Origin: a virus
Lineage: Duplodnaviria; Caudoviricetes
Strand: one strand, 5' to 3'
Length of the DNA: 64,000 nucleotides
Virus record (IMG/VR): IMGVR_UViG_3300037400_003675
Coordinates: 276-64,275 of that record
Shown here in pieces: positions 44,465 through 57,400 of the stretch. How positions within the stretch are numbered: the stretch's first letter is position 1; every line of letters begins with the position of its first letter. Both the position numbers and the translations under genes were made by a program. The notes under the pieces were generated by a model. The model was not told the DNA's origin and did not search any database. It saw only the letters and a list, made by a program, of their open reading frames with translations.

Positions 44465-45424
44465 ATGGCAGACATCACCAAATCAATAGCAGGGTACCTC
44501 ACTCCCGAACAGCAGGCCGCTCTCGCGGATACCGTGTTCGGGGGCGTGGAGCCTGGCGCCAACGCGGAAGTGACCATTCCCGAAAGCGAGAAGTTGCCCG
44601 TACTGGACACGAGTACCAACATCCCTGCCAGGAGAACCACCGTGGCGGAGCAGCAGGCCGGGTACATCGGCAGGCTGCGCCAGCAGGTGCAGGACGCGAA
44701 GGAGAACGAGCGCCTGGCATTCCAGGATATGCTCGCGAAACGCAGGGGCGACATTGAGAAGCAGCGCACGTCCGACGTGCGTATGGCTCAGTTCAATGCT
44801 CTCGGGAATGCACTCCGCGCTATTGTCCAGCCTCTCGGCTGGGCCGCCGGGGGATCGACCGCGGGAGTGCAGCCCAACGACGACAGGCAATACCTGTCCG
44901 CGTTCAGCAGGGTGCTCCAGGCCGACAACGACATACGGAACCTCGGACGCGAGGAGGCTGCGTTCGACATACGCAGGATGGACCGCGACGTCCGTCACGC
45001 GGAGAACGTGGCCGACTACGAGCGCCGCAGGAGCGAACGGCTCCAGGACTACGGACGCAGGGTGGCGGAGAACATCGCCCGGAAAGGCGATGACGAGAAG
45101 GAGAAGCGCAAGACCATAGCGCTCCGCGCCTACTACGACCTCATCAAGAGCGACAGCATCCACAAGGGCGGATACCCCTCGTTCCGCAGTTTCGTGACCC
45201 TCGGAGGGTTCGGCAACGACCTCTTCGGGGACGGATGGAACCCCACGGACGACGAGGTGAAGGCGATAGTCGAATCCCTCGGAGGAGAGGACAGCATAAT
45301 CGCGGGACGCCCCGAGAGGAAAGCCCCGGCGAAGTCCTCGGGGAAAGGCAAGTCCGACAAGCCCGCGGAGACCAAGGGCAAGGTGGGCGGATTCAAGAAC
45401 ACTAAGGTTGGAGGATTCAAATAA
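44465..45424 (+). CDS. Putative DNA ejection protein 2
   Basis: 319-aa helical protein between an ejection gene and the giant gene. Confidence 0.55.
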   Translation: MADITKSIAGYLTPEQQAALADTVFGGVEPGANAEVTIPESEKLPVLDTSTNIPARRTTVAEQQAGYIGRLRQQVQDAKENERLAFQDMLAKRRGDIEKQRTSDVRMAQFNALGNALRAIVQPLGWAAGGSTAGVQPNDDRQYLSAFSRVLQADNDIRNLGREEAAFDIRRMDRDVRHAENVADYERRRSERLQDYGRRVAENIARKGDDEKEKRKTIALRAYYDLIKSDSIHKGGYPSFRSFVTLGGFGNDLFGDGWNPTDDEVKAIVESLGGEDSIIAGRPERKAPAKSSGKGKSDKPAETKGKVGGFKNTKVGGFK

Positions 45425-45432
45425 CAGAGACA

Positions 45433-48400
45433 ATGGCAGACGACAGATATTTGCAGAACCGGCAGCTCGCGTATGACCTTCTCAAGAGGGAGGGCTATAC
45501 CGACATAGGCGACAGCGCCGAGGATTTGTTCAGGGACAGGGAGAACAGCAGGATAGCATACGACCTTCTCTCCAAGGCGGGGTATTCCGACTTGGGCAAG
45601 GACTACGACGAGTTCGCCTCCAAGCTGTACGCCCCCGAGGTCCCTGCAGGGGAAGCCCCCGATCCGCTCGCCACGAGTTCCTTCTCCCAGGCACCGCGCA
45701 GCACGCGCAGGTGGATGCGCGGAGAAGAGAGGAAGGCGCAGGAGCAGGAGCAGGAGCAGGAGCCCGAGCCGCAGGAACCCTCTGCACCCGAGACCAGCTC
45801 GTTCGCGCAGGCTCCCGAGAGCACGAAGGACTACCTCGAAGCCGCGGAACGCAACCCCTATGTGGGGCGGGATGCCGCCACTCTCGCCGCCATGGCCGGA
45901 GAGGTGGACAGGCAGGATGCGGAGTTCGCCAAGGAATACGAGGCACGCAACGCATCGCTGACTACCGATATCGACGAGATGTCACCCACCCTCAACGCGG
46001 AGGATGTCGCCTGGCTCAAGGAAAATGAAGGGCGATATAAAGCCTATAAGGATAAAAAGGCGCTCATAGCGAACGCCCTCACGCAGACCTCGGAGTTCCA
46101 GGGCGCACTCGCAGGGGCGAAGGATGCGGGCAATGCCGCACGCGAACGCCTCAGCGCTCCCGCCACCGCAGGCGGACGCACCGTCTATAACGACAGGGAA
46201 CTGAAGAACTGGGAGACCGTGCGCCGCCTCTCCGACATCACCGAGAGGGAATCCAAGCTGGGTGATAAGGCGGAGCTGAAGGGCGTGCCCGAGGACATAG
46301 CCGTGGCGGTCAGGCAGTTCGCAGGCGCAGCCGGAAGGATGGTGGACGAGAACTCCCTCACCTTCGGCCTGGTCAACGCCCTCGCCAAGAGCAATGTCCG
46401 CGAAGTGGGCGACAAGGCCGGCGCGATCATCACCGACGTGCTGGATTCCTTCGGAGTGAAGGACGGAGCCGTCCCGGAGGACAGGCAGGAGGAAGTGTCC
46501 GCCGCGATAGCGGAGGCCCTGCAGAACGGACTCACCGACGGAGAGAAGGAAGTCCTCAAGGCATTTGACAGATACTCCTACATAAACGGCGTGAAAGCCG
46601 CATCCGCGTCCACCTACGCCAAGGCCGGACAGGCAGCGGAGCAGAGCGCCGAGTTCATGCTGGGATTCATACTCACGGGAGGATTGGAGAAGATGGGTGC
46701 CCGCGCAGCCAGGAACATCGCCACCAAGGCCACGAGGCAGTGGCTGAGCAGGGGCGCTGCGGCAAGGGGCGCTGCGAACATAGCGGCAGACTTGCCCGGT
46801 GCCATGGCGAAACTCACGGCAAGGGGCATCAAGCCCAACCTCGCTGCGAAGATGCTCGCGGATGCGGGTGTGGCTGCGGAGCGCACCGCGCTGCTCTTCC
46901 CCCGCACCGCGGAGGCATACGCAGACAACCTCATCCAGACGACAGGGGAATACAAGGACGAACACGGGCGGCTGAAGTTCGACAGGAGCCGTGCCAACGC
47001 GGCCCTCAACACCGCGCTCACGCAGTACATAGAATACTGGTCCGAGGGATTCGGCGAGTATTTCGGAGCCGGGGAGAAAGCCCTGTTCAAGTCCGTGACG
47101 AAGAACGCACCCGCAAGTGCCATAGGCAAGACGCTCTCGGACTACCGGGGCAGCATAGGCAGGTTCCTCGACCAAGGCAAGTTCAACGGTATGTTCAACG
47201 AAATGCTGGAAGAGGTCGTGGGTTCGGTGTTCAACTCCACCGCAGGCTGGCTCTCCAAAGACCGCCTCGGCGACAAGGAGGCGATGAAGGAGTTCTTCGC
47301 AGGGGACAACCTCGCGACGCTCTTCCTCTCGTTCCTGCCCATGTCGGCGCTCAGCGCAAGGACGAACATAAAGGCGTATAACGCAATGGTCAACCGCTAC
47401 GACAAGGCGGTGGACACCCTCAAGCCGATGGTGGAGAGCGGAGCCGTGTCCCAGGAGGACCTCGATTCCCTCGTGGGCGACATCCGCAACAGCACTCCCG
47501 AACATATCAAGGACCGCGTCGTGGAGATAGCGGACAAGGCGAGGAAGGCAGCCGGAGGAAAGCTGCCGGACAACTTCGCGCAGTCGCTGCTGGGTTATGT
47601 CGAGGGCAACCTCTCGATGAACATGGAATCCGACCTCTGGGACCAGTCCTCGGAGAAGAGAAGGGTGGTGGATGCCTATTCCGGCACCTACTCCTTCCCC
47701 GACCTCGGCAGCGCGTGGGATATCGTCTCCGCGGAGGATGCCGCCAGGCAGGCCGCACTTGAGGCGGGGCTGGACGAGGATGACCTTGAGAAAGATCCGT
47801 TCCGTCTCGCGCAGGAAGCTGCCGTGATCGAACGGCAGGGCAACGCCGAGGCAGCGGAAGTCCTTACGGAATACGCGCAGGTCAAGGCTGCGGCCCAGGG
47901 CTTGCGTGACGGATACCGCAAGGAGACGGAGGACATGACAGACGGATTCTCCCGGACGGTGCGGGATGCTTCCCTCAAGAACGGCGCGGTCATCGTCGCC
48001 GAGTACGAGGGCGCTCCGGTCATAGTGCTCACGGACGATGCGTCGGTGGATGCTGACGGCTCCGTGTCGGCAGGCGGTGCGGACGGCCTCGTGCGCATTG
48101 CTCCGACATCTCCCTCGGCAGACGAACTCATAGTGAAGTCCGGCACCCTGCGGAACGGCTCTGCGGTGAACGCGGAGAACTTCATCGCGCAGTCCGCCGC
48201 ATCGTTCGCGGACCAGCGGCAGGTAGCCTTCGAGCAGGCGGTGGGTACCATCAGCCCCTCGGGGAAAGCGGCAGTCATCAACGGACTTACAGGGCAGACC
48301 ATACTCATACAGGACGAGACCGGCAGTGTCTCCCCCGTGACCATAGTGAACACCGACGGACGTGGCGGGGTGACCGTCAGGGACGAGGGCAAGGGCGGCA

Positions 48401-51400
48401 GTATGAATGTCGTGTCCGCGGAGACTCTCTACGACATGGCGCAGAAAGACCAGGACGGAAACGTCCAGATCTACTCCGCCCAGGGAGCGGAGCAGCCCGC
48501 ACAGGAGGCCCAGCCTCAGCCTGCGGAAGCACCCGCACCTGCGGAGCAGCAGCCCACGGCCGACCTCGGGGATTATGTCGGGACGGAATTGTCACTACTT
48601 GTCAATAATTCGCCGGTACAGGCGTATGTGACGGAGGTGGGTGACGGGCGCGTGTACTTCGAGTACGAGGATGTGGACGGCAACGGCAGGGCCAGCTCGA
48701 TGACGGAGCAGGCTTTCCTCGCGGCCCTTCAGGGGGCGCAGGGCGGACAGCAGGAGGAGCAGGAGGCCCAGCCGCAGGCTCCGGCGGAAGAGGCGCAGCA
48801 GGGCGTCCTCCCCAGGACGAAGGACGGAGAGGTGGACATGGCCAATATGTTCAACGTGGACAAGGAGACCTTCGCGCAGAGGATTCCCGAACTCGTGGAT
48901 TATATGAACTCCGTGCTGGGAGAATACGCGCTGAAGGAAGTGCAGAAAGCATACACCGCAACAGGGGAGGCGGTGAAGAAGATACAGGAGAGGATAGACA
49001 AGAACTCCGACCTTGCGAAAGCCCCCAGGCTCTACAAGGAACTCGCGGAGGAAAAGCAGAAGAAGGAGAATTACGGTGCGCTCATCATTGCGATGCGCCC
49101 GGAGAGGGGGCAGGCCCAGCCGGCAGCGACAGCAGCGGCGGAGCCCCAGGCTCCCGAGGCACCTGTGGACGGGAATGTGCCCGACATCTCCGACGACACT
49201 CCGGAGGCAGCGCAGGAGCGCGGATACTTCATACAGAACGGAAACCGCGTGGACCGCGCAGCGGAGGATGCCGTGGCGGCCACCGGTGCGGACACGAAGA
49301 TATCCTTCACCAAGACCGAGGTGGTGGATGCCAAGTACGGATTGGTGGATGCCAAGCGCATCATCCCTTCCCATGTGGCGGATCAGGAGAACCCCCTGCA
49401 TTTCTTCGCGAAGAACTGGCAGCCGAAGAACCGCAACCGCACGGACAGCGCCGTGGCCATACAGCAGATGGCGAACGGCATCCGTCCGGAAGAGATAACC
49501 GTGGGTGCCACCGCATACGGCGGTGCGCCTATCGTGAACAGCCGCGGAGAGGTCATCCAGGGCAACGGACGCAGCGAGGCGCTGCGCAGGGCATACGCCC
49601 AGGACACCGCAGCCGGATACAAGCAGTGGCTCGCGGAGCACGCGGAGGACTTCGGTCTCACCAAGGAGCAGGTCGAGGGAATGGACAGCCCTATCCTCGT
49701 CCGCGTCCTCTCGGTGGATGACGCACGCGCGGAGGAGCTCGGGAAGAGGGAGCAGAAAGACCTTGAGTCGGGCGGCGACCAGACCTTCTCCGGCAAGGGC
49801 CTCGCGAAGAAGATAGGCGACAGGCTGGAAGAGTTCCTGAATATCCTCTACGGGGGTGATCTCGGCGAGGATGCCACGCTCTCGGACTACATCAACGCGA
49901 ACGGCCAGCTCGCACTCAACTGGCTGAACCGCAACGGATACATAAACGACACCGAGCTGCAAAATGCTCTGGAGACCACAAGGAGCGGAGAAGTCCGCTT
50001 TACAGATGCGTCAGTGGCCGCTTTCCGTGAGCTGAGCCTTGAACCTTTGTTCCAAAGTGGGACAGAAAAAGTGAGGGCGGGCTATGAAAAGTTGCCGAAT
50101 ATTGTTAAATTGGCGCTGCAAAGGAATGTCGCGCTGCTGTCGAACCTTGAGGGAGTGATACCTGACATCCAGGCAGCACTGTCCTACTACCACGACTTCG
50201 AGACCGCGGACCCGGCATTCCAGAAAGCCAAGACCACCGAAGAGGCGTGGAAAGCAATCGAGGACTGGATGAACAATGTCCCTCTCGGCAGCGACAAGAC
50301 CGAGGGCGACCTGCATCCGAACATCGTGGCAAGGCGTTTCGCAGCCATCTTCAAGGGCGCGAAGAAAGCCAAGGCCCTGACCGACCTCTTCCGCAACATA
50401 GCCGCCGCAATGAACGGAGAGGGCGGGCTGTTCGGGGAGAACCCCGAGGCCGTTGACCGCATCGGCGCATACACGCAGACCAATGTAATTTCCGAACAAG
50501 AAGCAAACACTATACAAAATGGACAAGAAGGTAACACTGAACGAGGCTCTGACGCAGTCCCTGGAGACAATGGCGAGCAAGGGGGACAAGTGGGCGAAGG
50601 AAGTCCTGCAAGCGGAGTCGAATCACCTGCAGAAAACGCAGGAGATAGCGGACAGGCAGCTGAAGGAGCTGAAAGCGCAGAAGAAGGCGCGGTAGCCGCC
50701 GGAACGGAGGAATCCGAACCTGCGGCAACCGAAGAGGTCTCCGAGACTACGGAACCTGCAGAGCCCGCAGAGCCTGCGGCTCCCGCCACCGAGGGCGGTT
50801 ACGGAGAATCCAACACCGTCGTAACGAAAGACCAGTACGAGGAACTGAAGCGCAGGATGCGCGAGAAACTCGGACAGCTCAACGCGGGATTCGACCCGGA
50901 GGTATTCTCCATCGGCGTGCAGATGGCCGCCTATCACATAGAGGCTGGCGCAAGGAAGTTCATCGACTTCGCCAAGAGGATGATAAACGACCTCGGCGAC
51001 GCGATCCGTCCCTACCTCAAGGCCATCTACAACGGAGCGCGTGACCTTCCCGGAATGGAAGAGTTCAGGGAAGAGATGGACAGCGCCGAGACCGTCAGCG
51101 GAATCGAAGTAGCAGATATCAACATAAACGACAACGATAATGGAAAAGAAGACACTACTGATTTACAGCAGGGAGGGCAGCGACCTGGAGCTGTACCTGG
51201 TGATACCTCAGAAGGAGCTGGAGGAGAGACCGGAACTCCTGGCACCGACGGGGATAACGCCGGAGATAATTCAGGAAATGCAGCGCCGGGCGGGAATCAA
51301 GGAAGTGACGCCGAAGAAGGAGCTGGAGGCGAACAGGGCACTCTTTGGGACGACGGAGAACCGAGTGGAACTTCAGGAAATCGTGAAGGACACGGAGGAA

Positions 51401-54400
51401 GAACCGATGTCGGAAAAGGTTCTGGACGAAAGACTCCGACAGGTAGAGGAGGAAGGTCTGGAGATACTGGAACCGGAGTGGTATCCGAGGAACCCGTCGG
51501 TGTGGGACGAGACACCGGTGGACGCACAGATGCAATAGACCCCGAAGCCGCTGCTACCGAGGCCGAGCAGAAAGCCTACGAGCAGGAAAAGAAAGCCATC
51601 CAGAACGAGACGGATGCTGAAAAGCTGAAGGCCCGCAAGGACGAGCTGAAAGCCGGCATATCCGCCATCACCGACAAGCACGATCTCTCCAAAGCCAGGA
51701 TGAGCGGCCAGCTCAGGGCTGTCCTTGAGAAGTTGCGCGACCTGTTCTCCAAGAGCGCCGACAAATCCGAGAGGCTCACCCAGGAGAAAGTACCATACGA
51801 ATCCGTATCCGACCCTACGGGAGAACACGCAATTGGCAGTGTGGTCCCTTCGGGCTCGGCGGACGCCATGCGCAACGCAATCCTCCGTATGGAGACGGAA
51901 GAGAAGGGGGGCGCGGCTGACTTCGTAAGGGGGCTGGAGGGATATAAGTCCCTCGACGAGATGTTCACCGGTGACGGGAAGGACATCGGTCTCTCCTCCG
52001 AGCAGGTGGATTCCGTCGCTCTCGCGCTCCATCAGATGCTGGGCGGGCGTATGTTCATCGTCGGAGATATGACCGGCGTGGGTAAGGGCCGCCAGGGTGC
52101 GGCCATCATCCGCTGGGCTTTGAGGGAGAAGAAGAAGATTCTCTTCGTCACGGAGAAGCCCGACCTGTTCAGCGATATGTATCAGGATCTCGTGGATATC
52201 GGCAGTACCGACCACGTTCCTTTCGTGGTTAACAATGTCCCCATCGTTGATAAGGGCAAGAGCGAGGAAGAGGGGAACGTCATACTGAAAGCCCCGGGTA
52301 AATCCGTCGCGAGCGCTCTCTATGGCTCCGAATCCGATGCCTTGCCGAAGGTCAAGTGGAGCGGGGCATTCAAGGGCAAGCAGTACAATGTCGTGATGAT
52401 GACCTACAGCCAGGCCCAGTCCACATTGCCCAGCGCGAAAAAGAAACTCGACTGGGTGAAGCAGTACGCGAAGGATGCCATAGTCATCTGCGACGAATCC
52501 CACAACGCCAGCGGCGAATCCAGGCGCGGAGGTTATTTCCGCGACATAGTGCAGAACGCACAGGGCGTGACATTTATGTCCGCGACCTTCGCCAAGCGCC
52601 CGGACAATATGGTACTCTATACCCTCCGCTCATCCTTGCGAGATGCACAGATGACGCAGGAGGACATGATTGAGAGTATCCAGAAGTACGGCGTCCCCAT
52701 GCAGGAAATCCTCGCCGAAGGTCTGTTCAGGACCGGAGAGATGGTGCGTCGCGAGAGGGACTTCTCGGACGTGAAGATACACTGGGATGAACCCAAGGAT
52801 GTATTCACCGAAGAGGAAATCAAGCAGTCCAGGGATACCTACGACAAGACGACGGACATCGTCAACTCAATCATCTCGATGCAGAGGCAGATGATGGACC
52901 CCGTCATCAAGAAGATGAACAAGGAGCAGTTCGAGGAGGCTAACAAGGCAGCGCGGAAGAGGCTTGAAACCTCAAACGAGGGAACGAAAGTAACCATCCG
53001 CGAGTACACTTACACCCCCTATGCCAGCCAGGTATCGAACGTGGCGAGCCTTATGTTCTATGCGATAAAGGCCCGCAAGGCTGCGGAAATGGCCATCAAC
53101 CAGATCAAGGAGGGCAAGAAGCCCATCATCGCGGTGGACAACACTCTTGAAAGCTATATCAAGGACATCGAGGGAGAAGTACCTTCCGCAGACTTTGCCT
53201 TCATCCTCAACCGCGGTCTGGAGAAGAGCCTGAAGTACCGGCTCAAGAGCACCGTCAAGTGGATTAACCCGGAGACGCATACGGAAGAGACCGTCAAGGA
53301 GGACAGTTCCGTTGCCGAACTCGGCTCGTTCGAGAAGATAATGGGCAACGGGTATTCCAATATCATACGCCAGAGCATCCAGAACTACAGCCAGGACAAG
53401 GAGGTCCTGCCCCTGATGCTCTCCCCTATCGACTACATCAAGTCGGAGATAGAGAAGGCCGGCTATAGGTGCGGCGAGATAACCGGACGCAGCTGGTCGC
53501 TCAGGCAGAAAGTGGACGGCAATTGGGAGCGGGTGCCGATGAAGATAGACAAGACTTCGGAAATCACCCATTTCAACGGCGGCAGCGCAGCAGCCCCTCT
53601 CGACGAGAGCGAGGTTAATAACGCCGTCATCCTCAACACGGCGGGTGCTACGGGTATATCCCTTCACGCCAGCCGGCGTTTCGGCGACCAGCGCAAGAGG
53701 ACGATGATTATCCTCCAGCCGGCAAAGGACGTCAATGTAGAAGTTCAGATACGAGGCCGCGGAGACCGTACCGGACAGGTGGCACGATGCGAATACTTCT
53801 ACATTATGAGCCCTATCCCTGCGGAGAAGAAGATAATAATGATGCTCAAGCAGAAACTCGCATCCCTGGATGCCAATGCCGTAGGTACGGAGAAGGTGTC
53901 GTCCAACAAGGTGGATGCGAACGATATGGACAACAAGTACGGCGATGAGGTAGCCCGCCAGTTCCTTATCGACCACCCCGAAGTCAACCAGAATCTCGAT
54001 AAACCCCTCGAGAAGAAGAACGGTGAGTACGAGCATCGCGACGGCCTGCTCTATGCGTTGCTCAAGGGGGCGCAGCGAATGACTTGCAAGAGGCAGGAGC
54101 TGATCCTCACGGAGCTGGAGAGCGCGTATGTCGAGCAGATAGACTACCTCAACCAGAACGGCATCAACGACCTCGCCACCACCACGATGAACCTCAACGC
54201 GACCACCGTGGACCAGGCCATATTCATCAAGGGCAAGGACAACGAGTCAATGTCGGTGTTCGCCCACGATACCAATATGGAAAGGGTTGAGGTGGATGTG
54301 CTCAAGAAGCCCCTCCGCTCCCCCGAAATCTACGCAAGGATGAGGAAACTCGGTGCTCTCACGGAAGATGGGAAGATTGACCCTCTCTATGGCACCAACA

Positions 54401-57400
54401 TATATGAGGCATCTTCCAAATACCGGGATGAAGTGTTGCGTGACAAGGAGAAGAAGAACTTCGAGGCTCAGGAGCAGTTGGTGGAGGCCCTTAAAGTTGC
54501 CACGCCCAAGACCGATGACCAGACCGAAGAAGATTACGACAGGGCCATCAGGAACGATCCCAGCTACAGGGAGCTCGTTAGTACGAATATGGACGAGTAC
54601 AACCGTCTTGATATGGACTTGTCAACGCAGGTGGGCCGTGTCGAGAGGGCTGGAGAGTACCTCAAGCCCGGTATGCCGGTACTCGTTCCCCTTACCGATG
54701 ACCTCAACGGGCAGAAGCGCTATGGCCGTTTCATCGCTTTCAAGACCGCGAAGGATGGCAAGCCGAAGAGTGTCAGGGCGGTATTCGCCGTGACCGACGC
54801 CCGCGCCGTCATCGAGATTCCCGTGGTCTCCAAATATGACATCATCACTTGGATAGTGAACAATGTCTATGGAACCATCGGACTCGGCTCCGACTTGAGG
54901 GAGATAGGCGGCCCGACATACGACAAGAGCATCACCGACGAAACCCGCCGTACGGCAAGGGATGAGTGGTGGGACAAGAAGGTCCCCAAGCAGACGACGA
55001 GGCAGATCCGTTATATGATTACCGGGAACATCCTCCAGGCTTGCGGAAAGCTCGGAGAGTACAAGGGCACCATCACCACCTTCACCCGTAAAGACACGGA
55101 TACCGGGGAGGTGACCGTGGACAGGGGTATGTTGCTCGCCGAGGACTTCGACCCGGAGAACTTCAAGATACGCAGCACAGTCACCAAGGATGATGTGTGG
55201 AACGGATACAACGGCATCTATGACGACAAGACGAACATAGAGGTCCGCCGTGACGGAGACGTGATGGTAGTGCAATATATGCGCCCCTTTAGGAGCCGGG
55301 AGAATCTCGCCAAGAACCCTCTCATGCTCGACGAGGACCTGAAGCCCCTGTTGGTGGACAATACCTTCATCGCCTGGACAAAGGATGCGATAAGGGCTAC
55401 CGTGACGGAAGAGAATGTCGAGGCCGTACTCGACCACCTCTACCGCAACTACGGATTCACCAAGGAGACACTCTTCATCATGCCTGACAGCACGGAAAGG
55501 GTGGACGCCATAGTCTATACCGACAAGCCATACGAGGAGGTTCTGAAAGAGTTCCACGACAAGTATGGAAATAACCTTGACCAATGGGATATAGAGCGCC
55601 AGCTCAAGCAGATGCTTGACCAGTACAAGATGGACGTGAACAACGAGGACCTCAAGAAGCAGATCCGCGATTTTGTCCAGGCCCGTCAGGCATACCTGCG
55701 CAAGAAAGCCGCGAAGAATGACTCCATAAGGATGGCCTGGGATGTCCTCATAAAAGATGAGGAAATCGCCCAGGCGACAAGCAAGGAGCGCAGGGACTCC
55801 CTGTATGCAAAGCGCGAGGCCGAGAAGGAGGAACTCGCGGTGCGAGGGGTTCACGGAAACCTCTTGCACTTTGAGGCAGGCGAAGTCCCGTTCGATGTCG
55901 TCGAAGAGAACTTCAACAAGCTGAACAAGGACAAGGGCAATGCCGAGATAGCGAAGAAGGTGTTCCCTCTTGTCAAGAAACTCGGTCTTACCACCATCTT
56001 CAACGAGAAAACCCCTAACAATGTCGGGGGACATACTGCGGGACAGGAGCTGACTTACAACTGGAAGTACATGAACTCCGATTGGATTACCGACCAGATG
56101 AAAGCGGACACGTTCCTCCACGAAGTAATCCATACTGTGACCGCCTATGCGAAAGGCTGCGTGGAATATGGGTACGAGCACCTCATATCCGAGGAGATGC
56201 TCGACATAGTCAACCAGCTGGACGGCATCTGGAGGCTCATAAAGTACAATCAGCTCTTCCAGCACAGTACCGGAGATGGCAATGCCTATACCGACTATGG
56301 TACTACGGATTGGTATGAGATGATGGCCGAGGCCGGCAGTAACGAAGAGTTCCGCGCCGATCTGCGGAAGATGACTCTCGGCATCAAGGTGCTTTCGGGC
56401 GTGATGTCCTTTACGAACGTCACCGACAGGGATGATTACACCGGCAAGACACAGAATGCGGAGGAAGCCGTGCTGGAGAGGTTGGATGCACTCATCGAGG
56501 GGTTCAACCAGCACGCCTTCACGGAGTATTTCCGCGGTACCGGTTTCGGTGCGAGGTCATACAGCGAGCTCAACGAGGCCGACAACAAGGCACAGGAGTT
56601 CAAGGACAGGAAGGAGGCGCTCCATAGGGCGAAGAAGATAGGGAAGAAAGCGGAGATGGTCCTCAGCCTGCATACCTTCATCGACGACATGACCGACACG
56701 GAGCTGCTCCGCACCAATTACCTCCTGCCAGGAAACAAGGACCTTGAGGCCGAGATAAGGAAACGGAACCTCGACCCCCATCCTGAAATGCGTATGCGTG
56801 ACGGAGAAGCGGGAGCGACTGAGGAAGCAGCCAGCCCCGCTCCGGAAGAAAATACCGCCGCCAGCCGTATCACTGACGGGGAACGTAGGGGCGTGGCCAG
56901 AAGGCTGGACAGTATGTCCGAGATCCTGGGAGTTCCCATCAGGCAGATAAGCCGCGACGAGATGCCCGCAGGCCATAAGAGGGGCAAGGGTTATTACGAC
57001 ACCGCAACCGGCGAAGTGGCAATCTGCATGGATAACGTGTCCGACCTCCGCGACGCAATGGCAACGGTGTTCCACGAGACCGTAGGACACCTGGGGCTGC
57101 GCAGGCTCTTCGGGGACAAGTTCAACGAGGCAATGGTTGGCATCTATTCCGCGCTTGACAGCAAGGGCAGGGCGTGGGTATCATCCTATATGCTCAATCA
57201 CGGACTGCAGCCAGGAGACGCAGGCATCGTCCGGGGAATGGAGGAATACCTCGCATCCCTCGCCGAGAGCGGAGACTTCAGGAGCAGTGTCTGGGATGAC
57301 ATAAAGAGAGCCATCGGCAGGATAGTGGATGCCATCTTCGGCACGGACGGATTCCTCTTCACCGACAGGGAACTGAACTATATCCTCCGCGCATCCTATG

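Noticed and set aside
56082-56318. Other + strand alternative-frame ORFs inside the giant gene (e.g. 49013, 54084, 56082, 57441)
   Set aside because: Unlike the two accepted nested ORFs, the codon bias stays with the main frame and the products are R/P/S-rich shadow peptides.
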